A stretch of 64,000 nucleotides of DNA, from the IMG/VR virus record IMGVR_UViG_3300044960_000113, positions 64,001 through 128,000 of that record. One strand, given 5' to 3'. The notes beneath the pieces are model-generated. The model was not told the DNA's origin and did not search any database. It saw only the letters and a program-made list of their open reading frames with translations. Shown in pieces: positions 40,717 to 51,234 of the stretch (its first letter is position 1; each line of letters opens with the position of its first letter). Both the position numbers and the translations under genes were made by a program. The stretch is from a virus.

Positions 40717-41271
40717 TTAAGCAGTTTTTTGTGCAGTTTCTGCTTTTTTTGCTGCTAATGTTGTTTTAAGCTTATTCATCTGCATTTGCAAATTATAAGA
40801 AATTTTCTTTAATTCATCGACAATTTTTTGTTTTTCCTTTTTAACGTTTTCATCTTTTGATGGTTTTTCAAGAAGTTCTAATTTTTTTAAATTATTAGTA
40901 TATAATGTCTTATATGATGCATGATTTTTAAAGAAATTTTTAAGATGTTTTTCAGCTTTATCAGTATTTGGATTTCCTTTTTCACCTAATGCGCTTAAAA
41001 AAATATAAAATTTACTATCATCACCTAAAACATCATGAGCTGCTCTTTCGTCACTATCAGATAAAGAATTTAATCCCGTAATTATTGATGCTAATTCCTC
41101 TTTATTTAATGGATTTTGGCCACTAAAAGGATTTTTATCATTTTCAACAGCATCATTAATTTTTACAATAATTGGTTGTAAGAATTTACCAATATCTTCA
41201 CATAATTTAATAGATTCAGTTAATGTTCTTATTTCTTTTATTTCTTCTAATTCATTCAATAATGAAAACAT
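40717..41271 (-). CDS. Hypothetical protein
   Basis: ORF preceded by overlapping TATAAATA late-type motifs near 41304. Confidence 0.6.
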   Translation of the reverse strand: MFSLLNELEEIKEIRTLTESIKLCEDIGKFLQPIIVKINDAVENDKNPFSGQNPLNKEELASIITGLNSLSDSDERAAHDVLGDDSKFYIFLSALGEKGNPNTDKAEKHLKNFFKNHASYKTLYTNNLKKLELLEKPSKDENVKKEKQKIVDELKKISYNLQMQMNKLKTTLAAKKAETAQKTA

Positions 41272-41318
41272 TTTAATCCTTTCTGATTTTAAAATTGTTT
41301 ATATATTTATATTTATAT

Positions 41319-43460
41319 TTATAAAATATGTTTGGTTTTATTATAATTGTCTTTAATGAATTCAACAAGTTCTTCCAAACGAATAGGTCTAGATACAAGG
41401 TAACCCTGATAATTGTGACATCCTATTTCTTTAAGTTTATCTAACTGTTCATATGTTTCTACTCCTTCAGCAGTAACAGAAATATTCATACGACCAGCTA
41501 AATCTTTTACCATAGTTATAATATTTTGTGACTTATCACTTATTAATATATTATCAACAAAAGATTTATCTATTTTCAAAATATCTATTTTAAATTTTGC
41601 TAGATAGTGTAAACTTGAATAACCTGTTCCAAAATCATCTAAAGCTATTTTTATTCCACTATTTTTAATTTTTTCAATATTATTAGATGCTGAATCAATA
41701 TTATTGATAAGCATTGATTCTGTTATTTCTATACATAGTTTTGTTGGGTCAATGTTTTCTTTTATTATTTTATTTTTTAATTTTGTAACAGTTTCTTCAT
41801 TTAAATCCTTTGCAGAAAAATTCATAGAAAAATATAAATTAGATATATCTACTTTATCTTGAATTAATTTTATATCTCTTATACATCTATCTATAACAAA
41901 ATTTGTTAATTTATGAATCATTCCAGCATCTTCAACAATATGAATAAATAAATTCGGTGTTATAATAGCATTATTTCTTCTATCTTCCCATCTTAATAAG
42001 GCCTCTACACCAACAATTTTATTAGTACTTATTGAAATAATAGGTTGATAAAATAAATGAAGTTCATCATACCCTAGAGCACGTCTAATACCATTTTCTA
42101 TCTTAACTCTATATTCAACTCTAGCATCTATTTCTTCTTTATAAAATTGAAAATTATTTCTACCAGATTCTTTAGCATAATACATTGCTGCATCTGCACA
42201 TTCTAATAATTCATTTATATTTGTTGAATCATCTGGATAAACGCTTATTCCTATAGATGCTGATATATTAATTTTTTTAGTTCCACCATTTAATTCTATA
42301 GGATTTTCTAAACTATTTAGAATTTTAATTGCTATACGCTCTACATATTTAATATCACATATATTATGTATTACTATAACAAACTCATCACCACCTAATC
42401 TAATAATAAGATCATTTTCTCTTACTGTTGATTTTAATATTTTAGCTACATTTTTTAATAAAATATCTCCAGTTGAATGACCATATGTATCATTGATTAA
42501 TTTAAATCTATCTAGATCTAAATAAAATAATGCTATTTTTTTATTATTAGATCTAGCTTCAGCAAATAGATCATTTATTTTTACATTTAATAATTCCCTA
42601 TTTCCTAGTCCTGTCAAAACATCATGATGTGCTAAAAAATTTATTTTTTCTTCTTTTATTTTTAATTCTGTTATATCTGAAAATTCACCAATATAACCAA
42701 TTATTTCATTATTATCATCTTTGACTGTTGATATTATAAGATGTTCTGGGTATATTTCACCAGTCTTTTTCTTATTCCATATTTCACCTTTCCACGTACC
42801 AGTATTTAAAATTGAATTCCACATATTTTTATAAAAATCTGGATTATGAATTCCTGATGATAATATATTAGGTTTTTTACCTAAAACTTCATCTATTGAA
42901 TATCCTGTTATATTACTAAACATCTGATTTACAAATGTTATTTTAATATCGTCATCACATATCATTATTCCATGAGAACTATATTTAAGTGCTGCCAATG
43001 CATAATTAATTTGTTTTTCTTGTTTAAATACTTTTTCCGATAAAAGTTTATAATTTGTTATGTTTTTGCCTGTTCCACGGTATCCATTAAAAATACCTAA
43101 ATCATCTATAATTGGAACACCATTTAATTCAAACCAATATGTTCTATTATATTTGTCTTTAAAAGAATATATAAATCCGTGAAACGGTAATCTTTTATTT
43201 ATTTTATCTTTATATTCATTTAACACATTTATATCTTCAAATCCAAAAGATTCTATTTCACATATTTTTTTGCCTAAAAAATCCTCTTTATCAAAACCAG
43301 TAATAAGAAAAAATTTATCAGATAGATAAGTAAAAACAAGATTTTCATCTTGTTCCCAATACCAATCACAAGAAATGTCTAATAATTCTTGATTTTTTAT
43401 ATATAATTTTAGTATTTCATCTTCAACTATTTTTGAAGATGTGCATATTTCTTCTGACAT
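41319..43460 (-). CDS. PAS-PAS-GGDEF-EAL diguanylate cyclase/phosphodiesterase
   Basis: DWYWEQD PAS, HDVLTGLGNR, DLDRFKLINDTYGH, RLGGDEF, VEALLRW, EITES, DDFGTGYSSL, EGVET. Confidence 0.93.
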   Translation of the reverse strand: MSEEICTSSKIVEDEILKLYIKNQELLDISCDWYWEQDENLVFTYLSDKFFLITGFDKEDFLGKKICEIESFGFEDINVLNEYKDKINKRLPFHGFIYSFKDKYNRTYWFELNGVPIIDDLGIFNGYRGTGKNITNYKLLSEKVFKQEKQINYALAALKYSSHGIMICDDDIKITFVNQMFSNITGYSIDEVLGKKPNILSSGIHNPDFYKNMWNSILNTGTWKGEIWNKKKTGEIYPEHLIISTVKDDNNEIIGYIGEFSDITELKIKEEKINFLAHHDVLTGLGNRELLNVKINDLFAEARSNNKKIALFYLDLDRFKLINDTYGHSTGDILLKNVAKILKSTVRENDLIIRLGGDEFVIVIHNICDIKYVERIAIKILNSLENPIELNGGTKKINISASIGISVYPDDSTNINELLECADAAMYYAKESGRNNFQFYKEEIDARVEYRVKIENGIRRALGYDELHLFYQPIISISTNKIVGVEALLRWEDRRNNAIITPNLFIHIVEDAGMIHKLTNFVIDRCIRDIKLIQDKVDISNLYFSMNFSAKDLNEETVTKLKNKIIKENIDPTKLCIEITESMLINNIDSASNNIEKIKNSGIKIALDDFGTGYSSLHYLAKFKIDILKIDKSFVDNILISDKSQNIITMVKDLAGRMNISVTAEGVETYEQLDKLKEIGCHNYQGYLVSRPIRLEELVEFIKDNYNKTKHIL

Positions 43461-43501
43461 GTTAATATTATGTTGTTATTAATATATATTTATATAAAAT
43501 A

Positions 43502-43530
43502 ATGGGATAACTTTTTAAAAGTTATCCCAT
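43502..43530 (-). terminator. Hairpin terminator
   Basis: ATGGGATAACT...AGTTATCCCAT inverted repeat. Confidence 0.7.
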
Positions 43531-43558
43531 CATAACAAATATATATAAAATATTAAAT

Positions 43559-43894
43559 TTACATATGTGTTGATAATGATAATCCACTTGTATGTTCAAG
43601 AAATGCATCTTGAAGTTGTTTCGAAATATCAGTATTTACACTACATATTGTGCTAATTTGAATAGAAATTGTTCCATCCATATTCGTAAACATAAATGGA
43701 ACCAACGTCAAACCAATTCTACCACTACCATCTCCACCAATTTCAATACGTCTTACTTTTTCGATTTTTATAAAATATTTTTCATCATCTTTAATATTGT
43801 TTAACATAGATGATAAATAGCGTAAATTATTGTCATCAATGCGACCAATGATTTCTTCTCCATTTACAAGCTTTAATGCTATAATATTATTCAT
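43559..43894 (-). CDS. Sm-like-fold phage protein (putative)
   Basis: LKLVNGEEIIG...GLTLVPFM pattern typical of T4-like phages. Confidence 0.5.
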   Translation of the reverse strand: MNNIIALKLVNGEEIIGRIDDNNLRYLSSMLNNIKDDEKYFIKIEKVRRIEIGGDGSGRIGLTLVPFMFTNMDGTISIQISTICSVNTDISKQLQDAFLEHTSGLSLSTHM

Positions 43895-43920
43895 ATATTT
43901 TTCTCCATGTGTTATAAAAA

Positions 43921-44214
43921 TTATCTTTTCCTTTTTTTACTTCTTTCATTTGTGTCTTTTGAAATATCAAAAAAATCTATACTACGTTTGGAAACCCACT
44001 TAATAAATTTTTCTATTTCCGGGTGTTCTCTTAATCTTTCCCATGTATGATAATAATTTAACAATTCGCGTTCTGTAAATGTTGAATGAATTTTTTGGTG
44101 ACATATTTTATGGATTTTTTCAGCATCTTTACCCTTAAATGTTTTTGGGATCAAATGGTGTTGATCAATATTTATTTCACCCAACTCACGATGACATAAT
44201 GGACATTTATTCAT
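43921..44214 (-). CDS. HNH-like small protein
   Basis: CPLCHR...DQHHLIPK...HKICHQKIH. Confidence 0.7.
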   Translation of the reverse strand: MNKCPLCHRELGEINIDQHHLIPKTFKGKDAEKIHKICHQKIHSTFTERELLNYYHTWERLREHPEIEKFIKWVSKRSIDFFDISKDTNERSKKRKR

Positions 44215-44234
44215 TAATTTTTAAACATCTGATT

Positions 44235-44942
44235 TTAATTGAATTCAGTTCCACCTTTACGTGTTAAATAATCTTCACTAACACTCTTAAGAATAACTCT
44301 TCCTAATTGCGGGTGATTTCTTTCATTTTTAGGTTTAACAACAACACCTTCACGAATATGTTTAGCTTTTCCGGATACTGTTTCTTTTCCAACAGTATAT
44401 TTCATAACAGTATCTTTTGAATATGGGCCAACAAATAATATTGGAACCATTTCTAATTTTAATTTATCTTTCATTTCTGTTAATGTTTCAAAATCAGTAA
44501 ATTTAATATTTTGTCTATATCCCCTAGCAATATCAAAAATTCTAAATGAAATTTTTTCTCCATATGTCAAATCTTGGACTCCCGGACCATATATTTCACC
44601 CAATATATGAATAGGTTCTTCAAGTTCCACGTTTTTAAACGTGTTTAATACAATATCAATTATTCCCATACTTCTCAACGTTCTAATATAAATATTATCC
44701 TTGTTTTTTTCATTATTTTTAAAACACAAACCTTTACTTCCGAGACCTTTGCTATATACAAGGATACGGCCATCAATCATATCATCAGTTCCATCTTTTT
44801 CAGGAACAAAAGTAATACCACAAAACGAATTATGGACTAATATATTATTAGCAAAAAAATTATTAACATTATTAACTTCTATATCATAACGCATTGAAGT
44901 ATTTTCAATTTTTTTGATAGATTTAATTTTAACCGTTTTCAT
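44235..44942 (-). CDS. Split-intein C-part (38 aa) plus RNA ligase C-extein
   Basis: MKTVKIKSIKK...YDIEV...NFFANNILVHN|SFCG; ligase motifs GEIYGPGVQ, FRIFDI, REGVVVK, LKSVSEDY. Confidence 0.9.
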   Translation of the reverse strand: MKTVKIKSIKKIENTSMRYDIEVNNVNNFFANNILVHNSFCGITFVPEKDGTDDMIDGRILVYSKGLGSKGLCFKNNEKNKDNIYIRTLRSMGIIDIVLNTFKNVELEEPIHILGEIYGPGVQDLTYGEKISFRIFDIARGYRQNIKFTDFETLTEMKDKLKLEMVPILFVGPYSKDTVMKYTVGKETVSGKAKHIREGVVVKPKNERNHPQLGRVILKSVSEDYLTRKGGTEFN

Positions 44943-44950
44943 TTTATTTC

Positions 44951-45100
44951 CTATAATAAAAAATTAATAATTCTATTTTTAACATTATCAAAATTCTTTC
45001 TTATGTCATTTTCCCATAGTACTGAAACATTATATCCTTGTTGTTCTGCTAAATTAATTTTTATTTTATCTCTATTCCAAATGTCTTTAACTTTCGCATT
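44951..45100 (-). pseudogene. C-terminal remnant of a Vsr/DUF559-like (homing) endonuclease between the split-intein halves
   Basis: 49 codons in frame after the IntN stop: NAKVKDIWNRDKIKINLAEQQGYNVSVLWENDIRKNFDNVKNRIINFLL*. Confidence 0.6.
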
Positions 45101-45919
45101 TTAAGAATATAATAAAAATTCATCATTTTCTGTCAAGAATTTAACTTCTCTATAACAATTTAATTTAGGTAACCAAACTAAATGATTTTCTGTTAATTTA
45201 ATAATCTGTCCATCTTCAGTTTCAATTTCATACCATTGTTTATCATTTGGGAATATAGAATGTCCATTAATTTTTTCATAAACAACTTCATTAGTAGTTA
45301 TATCAAAAGCTTTTACGTGACAAAATATCTTTTTATCGCAAACCTGCCCAATTTTAATAGGACCAAATTCTAATGTATCAATTATTGTATCATAATCAGC
45401 ACAGCCATGAATTTTTTCTGTAACTACAACATCTTCACCATCTTCAAAAACATCTGGCCACGCTTTAATATTTTCAATGTCATAATTTACTGTCAAACGC
45501 GTACCTGCATTAAATACTTCTCCTGCCATATGAACAGGAATTGGCGGTTCATACTTAACAATGCCCAATTCCTCAGCAACATCAACTCCTTCTACATGTA
45601 AATCTGAATTATTCAATGCACTCACTGGAATAACAATACCAAGTGACAACTCACCCCTAAGCTTTATTGCTTTAACTCTATCACCTTTTGATCCAGCAAG
45701 CATTCCTTTATTTTCTTTTTCATTCCAAAATCCATATTTTTTCAAAATCCATTCTGGAACGATAGCAGCTTCTGGAATATATACAACAAGATCACCAGTT
45801 TTATATTGACCTTTTTTTACCACACAATGATAATCATCAACTTTAGCTAATTCTAAAGCATCAGCATTTGGATGTGGCAATATTTCTATTTTACGTACTT
45901 TAACAGAAAAAGTACTCAT
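45101..45919 (-). CDS. RNA ligase (Rnl2/DRB0094-type) N-extein plus split-intein N-part (100 aa)
   Basis: HPNADALE, YEPP, VTEKIHG|CADYDT... (Cys1 at 45403); intein block B LTENH. Confidence 0.9.
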   Translation of the reverse strand: MSTFSVKVRKIEILPHPNADALELAKVDDYHCVVKKGQYKTGDLVVYIPEAAIVPEWILKKYGFWNEKENKGMLAGSKGDRVKAIKLRGELSLGIVIPVSALNNSDLHVEGVDVAEELGIVKYEPPIPVHMAGEVFNAGTRLTVNYDIENIKAWPDVFEDGEDVVVTEKIHGCADYDTIIDTLEFGPIKIGQVCDKKIFCHVKAFDITTNEVVYEKINGHSIFPNDKQWYEIETEDGQIIKLTENHLVWLPKLNCYREVKFLTENDEFLLYS

Positions 45920-45967
45920 ATATAACTACTCCTAATTATATATATGTTCAATATTTAATTTTAGAAG

Positions 45968-46207
45968 TTACTTCTTTTCATTCAATATTTGTGGCTGTTT
46001 TTCATTTGATTGTTCTTTATTATCTTTTTTTGAAGCTTCAATTTCATCATTTTTAAATTTAAAATAATGACCTATCACCATTATAGCTAAAGTAATATAT
46101 CCTAAAGCAACTAATGGTTGTGGTCTATTTGGATCATGTAACAACATTGCACTTGACATAACAAGTGCCGCAATAATAATAGACCAATCTTTTATTTTAA
46201 TGTTCAT
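45968..46207 (-). CDS. Small membrane protein
   Basis: Two hydrophobic segments. Confidence 0.5.
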   Translation of the reverse strand: MNIKIKDWSIIIAALVMSSAMLLHDPNRPQPLVALGYITLAIMVIGHYFKFKNDEIEASKKDNKEQSNEKQPQILNEKK

Positions 46208-46245
46208 ATATAGTTCCTATTGTGTAATATTATATATCATTTTTG

Positions 46246-46998
46246 TCAAATTGTAAATATATTTTTACTATCTATATTTTTATTGATTGCTATTAATCTA
46301 ATATCTTGTTTTTTATAGTTACGAGGCATACGTATATGCCAAATTGGTAATGAAGATTCTATATTCTCAGTATCATCATTCCAATATACTGCTGAAATCT
46401 TTTTAATATTATTAATATCAATTGCACAAATATTATATTTTTTATTTTTAATAAAATTTGTCCACAAATTTTTAGCATCTTTTGTTTGTTTATGGTCTGA
46501 TATAAGAATAAGATTATCATGATTTATTATAGCATCATAAAGTTTGGAACCTAATCCTTTACCTCTATATTCATTATGAATATATGACATAACAACTTGC
46601 CATATATCTAACTTTCGTTTCTTTTTTTCTATTATAACATAACCTTTAATAAAACTTGGGCATTTTAGAATATTTTTCTTTTCTTTTTCTATATTTTTTA
46701 ATTTATCATATTGTTGTTTTTCTTTTTTTGTTAATTCTTTAAAATGCCTTTTAATTTTTAAAATTCGAAGTTTATTTTTACCACCATAATATTCAAAATT
46801 AATTACGTCACGTTTTTCATTTTTGTTCCAAAGTAAATAAATTTTCTCATTTTTTGATTTATCTAGACGCGATAATGTTAGATTTCCTATTTTATATAAA
46901 TCTGTCAAATATATTTTTTTTTCAAACATGTGTTTTGCAATATATTGCACGGTTGGTCTGACATAATATTGTGTAATTTCTTTATCTAAAAGAATCAT
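46246..46998 (-). CDS. GNAT acetyltransferase-domain protein
   Basis: YIHNEYRGKGLGSKLY acetyl-CoA-binding motif A. Confidence 0.7.
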   Translation of the reverse strand: MILLDKEITQYYVRPTVQYIAKHMFEKKIYLTDLYKIGNLTLSRLDKSKNEKIYLLWNKNEKRDVINFEYYGGKNKLRILKIKRHFKELTKKEKQQYDKLKNIEKEKKNILKCPSFIKGYVIIEKKKRKLDIWQVVMSYIHNEYRGKGLGSKLYDAIINHDNLILISDHKQTKDAKNLWTNFIKNKKYNICAIDINNIKKISAVYWNDDTENIESSLPIWHIRMPRNYKKQDIRLIAINKNIDSKNIFTI

Positions 46999-47285
46999 AA
47001 AAATTCACTCTTTATATTTTTAAGTATTTTTTTATCTATTATTGAAATATTTTTTATAAATACGTCTATTTTTTCTTTACCATGAATTTGACAAAGGTTT
47101 TTAATAATATCTTTAATGTCAGAATATACAACATCTTTAGTTGTTTTTTTAATAAAATATCTATTTTCTAAAATATATCGATGTAATCTAAATTCACAAT
47201 ATATCGAAGAAAATATGGAAGCAGCTTGAAACTCATCACTCATATAATCTACATCAAATATTATAGCGAATTCTTTTTCTTTCAT
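46995..47285 (-). CDS. Hypothetical protein
   Basis: Packed ORF. Confidence 0.5.
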   Translation of the reverse strand: MKEKEFAIIFDVDYMSDEFQAASIFSSIYCEFRLHRYILENRYFIKKTTKDVVYSDIKDIIKNLCQIHGKEKIDVFIKNISIIDKKILKNIKSEFL

Positions 47286-47524
47286 TTAATAAATGACATC
47301 ACAGTTCTAATAACATTAATTGCTTCTTCTAATAATTTCTTTCTTTCTATACTACTTGCTTCTTTTTCTATTTCATACATTGTTTCAATATTTTTTAAAA
47401 TATTTTCATATTCAACCTCTGTTAATTTTCCATTATCATAGTATTGTTTTGCCGATACAGCCATTTTTGTTATTTTTGAAACAAACTTATCATCAGATGA
47501 TAAAAATTTTGAAATATCTGTCAT
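47282..47524 (-). CDS. Hypothetical protein
   Basis: Packed ORF. Confidence 0.55.
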   Translation of the reverse strand: MTDISKFLSSDDKFVSKITKMAVSAKQYYDNGKLTEVEYENILKNIETMYEIEKEASSIERKKLLEEAINVIRTVMSFIK

Positions 47525-47529
47525 TTAAA

Positions 47530-47919
47530 TTATCTCCTTTTTGCAATAGCCTGTATTGTTCTATCAATAGAAGCTGTTAAAAATTCTCCTTGTAATTTAC
47601 AATATTCTAAATTAAATGATTTAGACAATTCAACATCTTTTTTAAACTTATCAACGCTATCTTTTAGCTTTATTATTATATTATATAATTCTTCATTATT
47701 ATTTTGATATTTCGAATATTTTTCTAAAAATCGTAAATTCAAATATAAACTATTTAAAGAGTATAATAAATTATTTTTATCAGAACATGAATTAGAAATA
47801 TCATCTGCTATAACAGAAAGTGTAATAACATGTTCATATTCTACTGGATCATAATTTATAGATATATGTGAACAACCAGATAAAAATGCTAATGATATGA
47901 TAAAAAATATTTTTTTCAT
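47530..47919 (-). CDS. Lipoprotein
   Basis: Signal peptide with lipobox LSGC. Confidence 0.7.
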   Translation of the reverse strand: MKKIFFIISLAFLSGCSHISINYDPVEYEHVITLSVIADDISNSCSDKNNLLYSLNSLYLNLRFLEKYSKYQNNNEELYNIIIKLKDSVDKFKKDVELSKSFNLEYCKLQGEFLTASIDRTIQAIAKRR

Positions 47920-47970
47920 TTTACTAATCCTATATATTAATCTTAAATATATTTATTATATTTAAAACAA

Positions 47971-48003
47971 TAACCCTTAGAATTTATTAAATTCTAAGGG
48001 TTA
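47971..48003 (-). terminator. Hairpin terminator after hsp20
   Basis: TAACCCTTAGAATTT...AAATTCTAAGGGTTA. Confidence 0.75.
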
Positions 48004-48033
48004 AAAAAATTACACTATATTTATTTTTTAATT

Positions 48034-48498
48034 TTATTTAATAGCTATTTTTTTAATGTGTGATTCTTTTTCTGGCTTAACTAAAGTAATAGTTAAAACA
48101 CCATCATTAAATTCGCATTCTTCAATATCTACACCATCATGAACAGTAAACAATGTTTTAAATTGTCTTTGGCTAAATCCACGAAAAACATATTGTTTAT
48201 TTTCATCCTTTTGTTCTTTATTTTTTTGACCTCTAACGACTAAAACATTTTTATCCAACTCAACAGACAATTCATCTTTTTTAAATCCGGCAATAGCGAA
48301 TTCTAATTGCCATTTATTATCACCCAATTTAATATAGTTATATGGTGGATATGAAGGAACATTTACATGAAAATTATCATCAAACAACTTATCCATTATA
48401 GAAAAAACATCATCAAACCCAATCGTTCTTGGAAAGAGTGGACCAAATATATCAGTATGTTTTTGAGGTAATTGATCTTTTAAAACATTTAGAACCAT
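48034..48498 (-). CDS. Small heat-shock protein (Hsp20/IbpA family)
   Basis: YPPYN, FAIAGF, RGFSQRQF, DGVLTI. Confidence 0.92.
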   Translation of the reverse strand: MVLNVLKDQLPQKHTDIFGPLFPRTIGFDDVFSIMDKLFDDNFHVNVPSYPPYNYIKLGDNKWQLEFAIAGFKKDELSVELDKNVLVVRGQKNKEQKDENKQYVFRGFSQRQFKTLFTVHDGVDIEECEFNDGVLTITLVKPEKESHIKKIAIK

Positions 48499-48578
48499 AG
48501 TTTTTCCTCCTTATTAATAAGCAAGTTAATAATATGAGAGATATATTCATAATGAACTATATCTCATAATTATTTATA

Positions 48579-48893
48579 TTAAATTTTATGATTTATTTTT
48601 AGATGTTCTAAAAATTCTGTGTATTTTGTATATTCACCAACATCATACATATCACATAATAATTTACACCCATATTTTATATTAGCTATAAAATTTATAT
48701 CTATAGTATAGAAAATTTTATTGTAAAACTGATATGATTTTATAATATCATCAATAGAAACTTTATTATCTTCTATCATTTTAAGAATTAAATCTGGTGC
48801 ATGTTTTTCAACAAATGCACGATTTATTAATGATAATAATTTATTCTTAAATTCAGAAAAATCAGAATTTAAATTATTTTTTTCGTCTGACAT
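48579..48893 (-). CDS. Hypothetical protein
   Basis: Packed ORF. Confidence 0.5.
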   Translation of the reverse strand: MSDEKNNLNSDFSEFKNKLLSLINRAFVEKHAPDLILKMIEDNKVSIDDIIKSYQFYNKIFYTIDINFIANIKYGCKLLCDMYDVGEYTKYTEFLEHLKINHKI

Positions 48894-48895
48894 TT

Positions 48896-49357
48896 TTAAA
48901 AATCAAAAGATGTTTGTTTATATGATTTACTAACAAAATTATCTAATATTTTAATTTCTTCGTTATTATTAGAATTTGAACTTTCATTAAATTCATCATC
49001 TAAATAGTTTTGATCTATAAAATAATTTTCCAAAAAATCTGGTGTATTAATATAAACATTATTTGTATACGTATATACATCATCTTTTTTAGATTTTTCA
49101 AAACTAATTATAATTTTTTCTATTAAATTTTTAATATTTCTCCATTGCTCAGCTGTTGGTACCTGATCAACTGAATTAATAACAAAAATTAAATCATCAT
49201 ATGCATTATTGTCAATAATTAAATCTGATAATAAATCTGATTCTTTTTCAATTATCGAATCTAAATATTCTATAATTTTTCTCCATTGACTAATGTTTGG
49301 CTGAACTTCATTAAATTTAATAAATCCATAAAGCATAATTATAAAAAATTTAATCAT
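48896..49357 (-). CDS. Hypothetical protein
   Basis: Packed ORF; internal repeat PNISQWRKI / PTAEQWRNI. Confidence 0.55.
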   Translation of the reverse strand: MIKFFIIMLYGFIKFNEVQPNISQWRKIIEYLDSIIEKESDLLSDLIIDNNAYDDLIFVINSVDQVPTAEQWRNIKNLIEKIIISFEKSKKDDVYTYTNNVYINTPDFLENYFIDQNYLDDEFNESSNSNNNEEIKILDNFVSKSYKQTSFDF

Positions 49358-49359
49358 TT

Positions 49360-49884
49360 TTATTTTTCTCCTACAATAGATAATAATTTTTCAATTGTGT
49401 CATTGGGATTTTTATAAAGAATTCCTATTGAATTACCTTTTTTTACCCAATCATCTATATTTGATTTTCTATCATCTATTAAAATATCACCAGATTTTGC
49501 ATGTTTCCATTTATCATGTGAATATGGACCCAAAACAACTTCAATATTACCAAAATGTTCTTTTACCCATTTTCTTTTATCGTCTTCAGCAAACGGCATA
49601 GTACTTTTTCGTGGTATAGCTGTTAAAATTTTTATATCATAGCCATATTTTTTAGCAATATCTTGAATTTCACCAAATAAATATTCAGCAGATTCCATTT
49701 CTTTTAACTTAGAATAAAAATGTGGATCTTTTTGAATAATTTCCCACATTTCATCGTCATTTTGTTCACTTGGATATTTACCAGTATATTGTTTAACAGC
49801 CTCATTAAAATTAGCAAGAACACCATCTAAATCTAGATATATAATAGGCTTTCTATTTTCTTTATATAATTCTTTTAATTTCAT
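49360..49884 (-). CDS. 5'(3')-deoxyribonucleotidase (HAD, NT5C family)
   Basis: LDLDGVLANF, ILTA, DKRKW, LIDDR. Confidence 0.85.
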   Translation of the reverse strand: MKLKELYKENRKPIIYLDLDGVLANFNEAVKQYTGKYPSEQNDDEMWEIIQKDPHFYSKLKEMESAEYLFGEIQDIAKKYGYDIKILTAIPRKSTMPFAEDDKRKWVKEHFGNIEVVLGPYSHDKWKHAKSGDILIDDRKSNIDDWVKKGNSIGILYKNPNDTIEKLLSIVGEK

Positions 49885-49889
49885 AAAAT

Positions 49890-50363
49890 TTAAATTAATA
49901 TTTCCGTATCTTTTAATTTTTTAGGGGAATTTTTTGATTTTTCTTCTGTGTTATTTTCTGGTTTAACATAATCATGAGGTGGAATAATTTCAGGAAACTT
50001 GTCTGCGGCAACAAAATCAAAAAATACATCTATTAATTTACAACCAACAAATCTATTATCACATTCTTTCATGACTGATATTATTGCATCAGCTCTGCTA
50101 TTTTCACTCAATACTACCCAAAATCCATCTTCTCCAATCGCTATAGCTCCCCAACCAGGTCTACCACTTTTAAGTAATAATATACACTCTTTATTTGTTA
50201 TTTTTTTACATTCATTTAAAGCACTTTCAACTGCATCATTTACTGATTTGGCAGAATGTATTCTTCCTATTTTTTTATCTTCAACTTGAACAACAATAGC
50301 AGATGCAGAATAACATATAGAAGAAATCATAATAAGTAACAAAAATGTAATGATCTTTTCCAT
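49890..50363 (-). CDS. Secreted DUF4189-like protein
   Basis: Signal peptide; ALNEC...C, GWGAIA, MKEC...C. Confidence 0.55.
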   Translation of the reverse strand: MEKIITFLLLIMISSICYSASAIVVQVEDKKIGRIHSAKSVNDAVESALNECKKITNKECILLLKSGRPGWGAIAIGEDGFWVVLSENSRADAIISVMKECDNRFVGCKLIDVFFDFVAADKFPEIIPPHDYVKPENNTEEKSKNSPKKLKDTEILI

Positions 50364-50503
50364 TTGTTTTTCTTCCTATTAATACATAGCTAAATTATAT
50401 ATTAAAATTATATTTTTATGTTATTATGTAAAATGTTAGTAATTAATAATAAATTTTTCTTATATATTAATATTTATTAAAATTCTTTCACAAAAATAAT
50501 ATA

Positions 50504-50530
50504 ATGGGTGTATTCTTAGAATACACCCAT
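50504..50530 (-). terminator. Hairpin terminator
   Basis: ATGGGTGTATTCT-T-AGAATACACCCAT. Confidence 0.75.
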
Positions 50531-50562
50531 ATATTTTATAATTAAATTATATATTAATATAA

Positions 50563-50805
50563 TTAAAGTACAGCTGATGCTAGATAACCATGTGATTTCC
50601 AGTAGATTTTTGTTTTGCCGTTTTTTGTTTGTTCTACTGAACGAATGGTAACACGACTATCTCGTTCACGTTTTGTAGTTTTACCAAGACGTGTGACACG
50701 TGTGCCAGCTGGAATTGTTACCTTACGACCTTCTTTCAAAATTACCATATAATTACTCCTTTCGTTTATATTATAAACAAATTTACGCAATTTACTATAC
50801 AACAA
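50563..50805 (-). CDS. Small basic hypothetical protein
   Basis: ORF; likely starts at MVILKEG. Confidence 0.55.
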   Translation of the reverse strand: MLYSKLRKFVYNINERSNYMVILKEGRKVTIPAGTRVTRLGKTTKRERDSRVTIRSVEQTKNGKTKIYWKSHGYLASAVL

Positions 50806-51036
50806 CTTTTACTATGTCAAAGTCAACATATAAAATACTAATGTTTGCGCACCATTAGTGTTAAAAATTGTTATTTTTTAATCAATGTGGGTTATTTTTT
50901 ATATCATCATCAATAAGTGACGATATAATTGATGTTATATTAGAATCACGATTGATTACATAATTTATTAAATCACATAAAAGAAAAACACAAACTGCAA
51001 TAAATGAAATTAGTAAAAAAATAAGAATACTAGCTA

Positions 51037-51234
51037 TCATTTAACTATTTCTCCATAAGATTCGGATATATTAAAATATCCAATAATATGACCACGAGAA
51101 TTTGTTGCATTATAAACATTTTCATCATATGGGTCAATTTTAATTATACCATTATATTTTTCTATGACAGTTTTTTTCCATTCACCTAAATTTGTGAAGT
51201 TATTTTTTATATTAAATAACTCATTAACGTTCAT
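51037..51234 (-). CDS. Hypothetical protein
   Basis: ORF with RBS. Confidence 0.5.
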   Translation of the reverse strand: MNVNELFNIKNNFTNLGEWKKTVIEKYNGIIKIDPYDENVYNATNSRGHIIGYFNISESYGEIVK

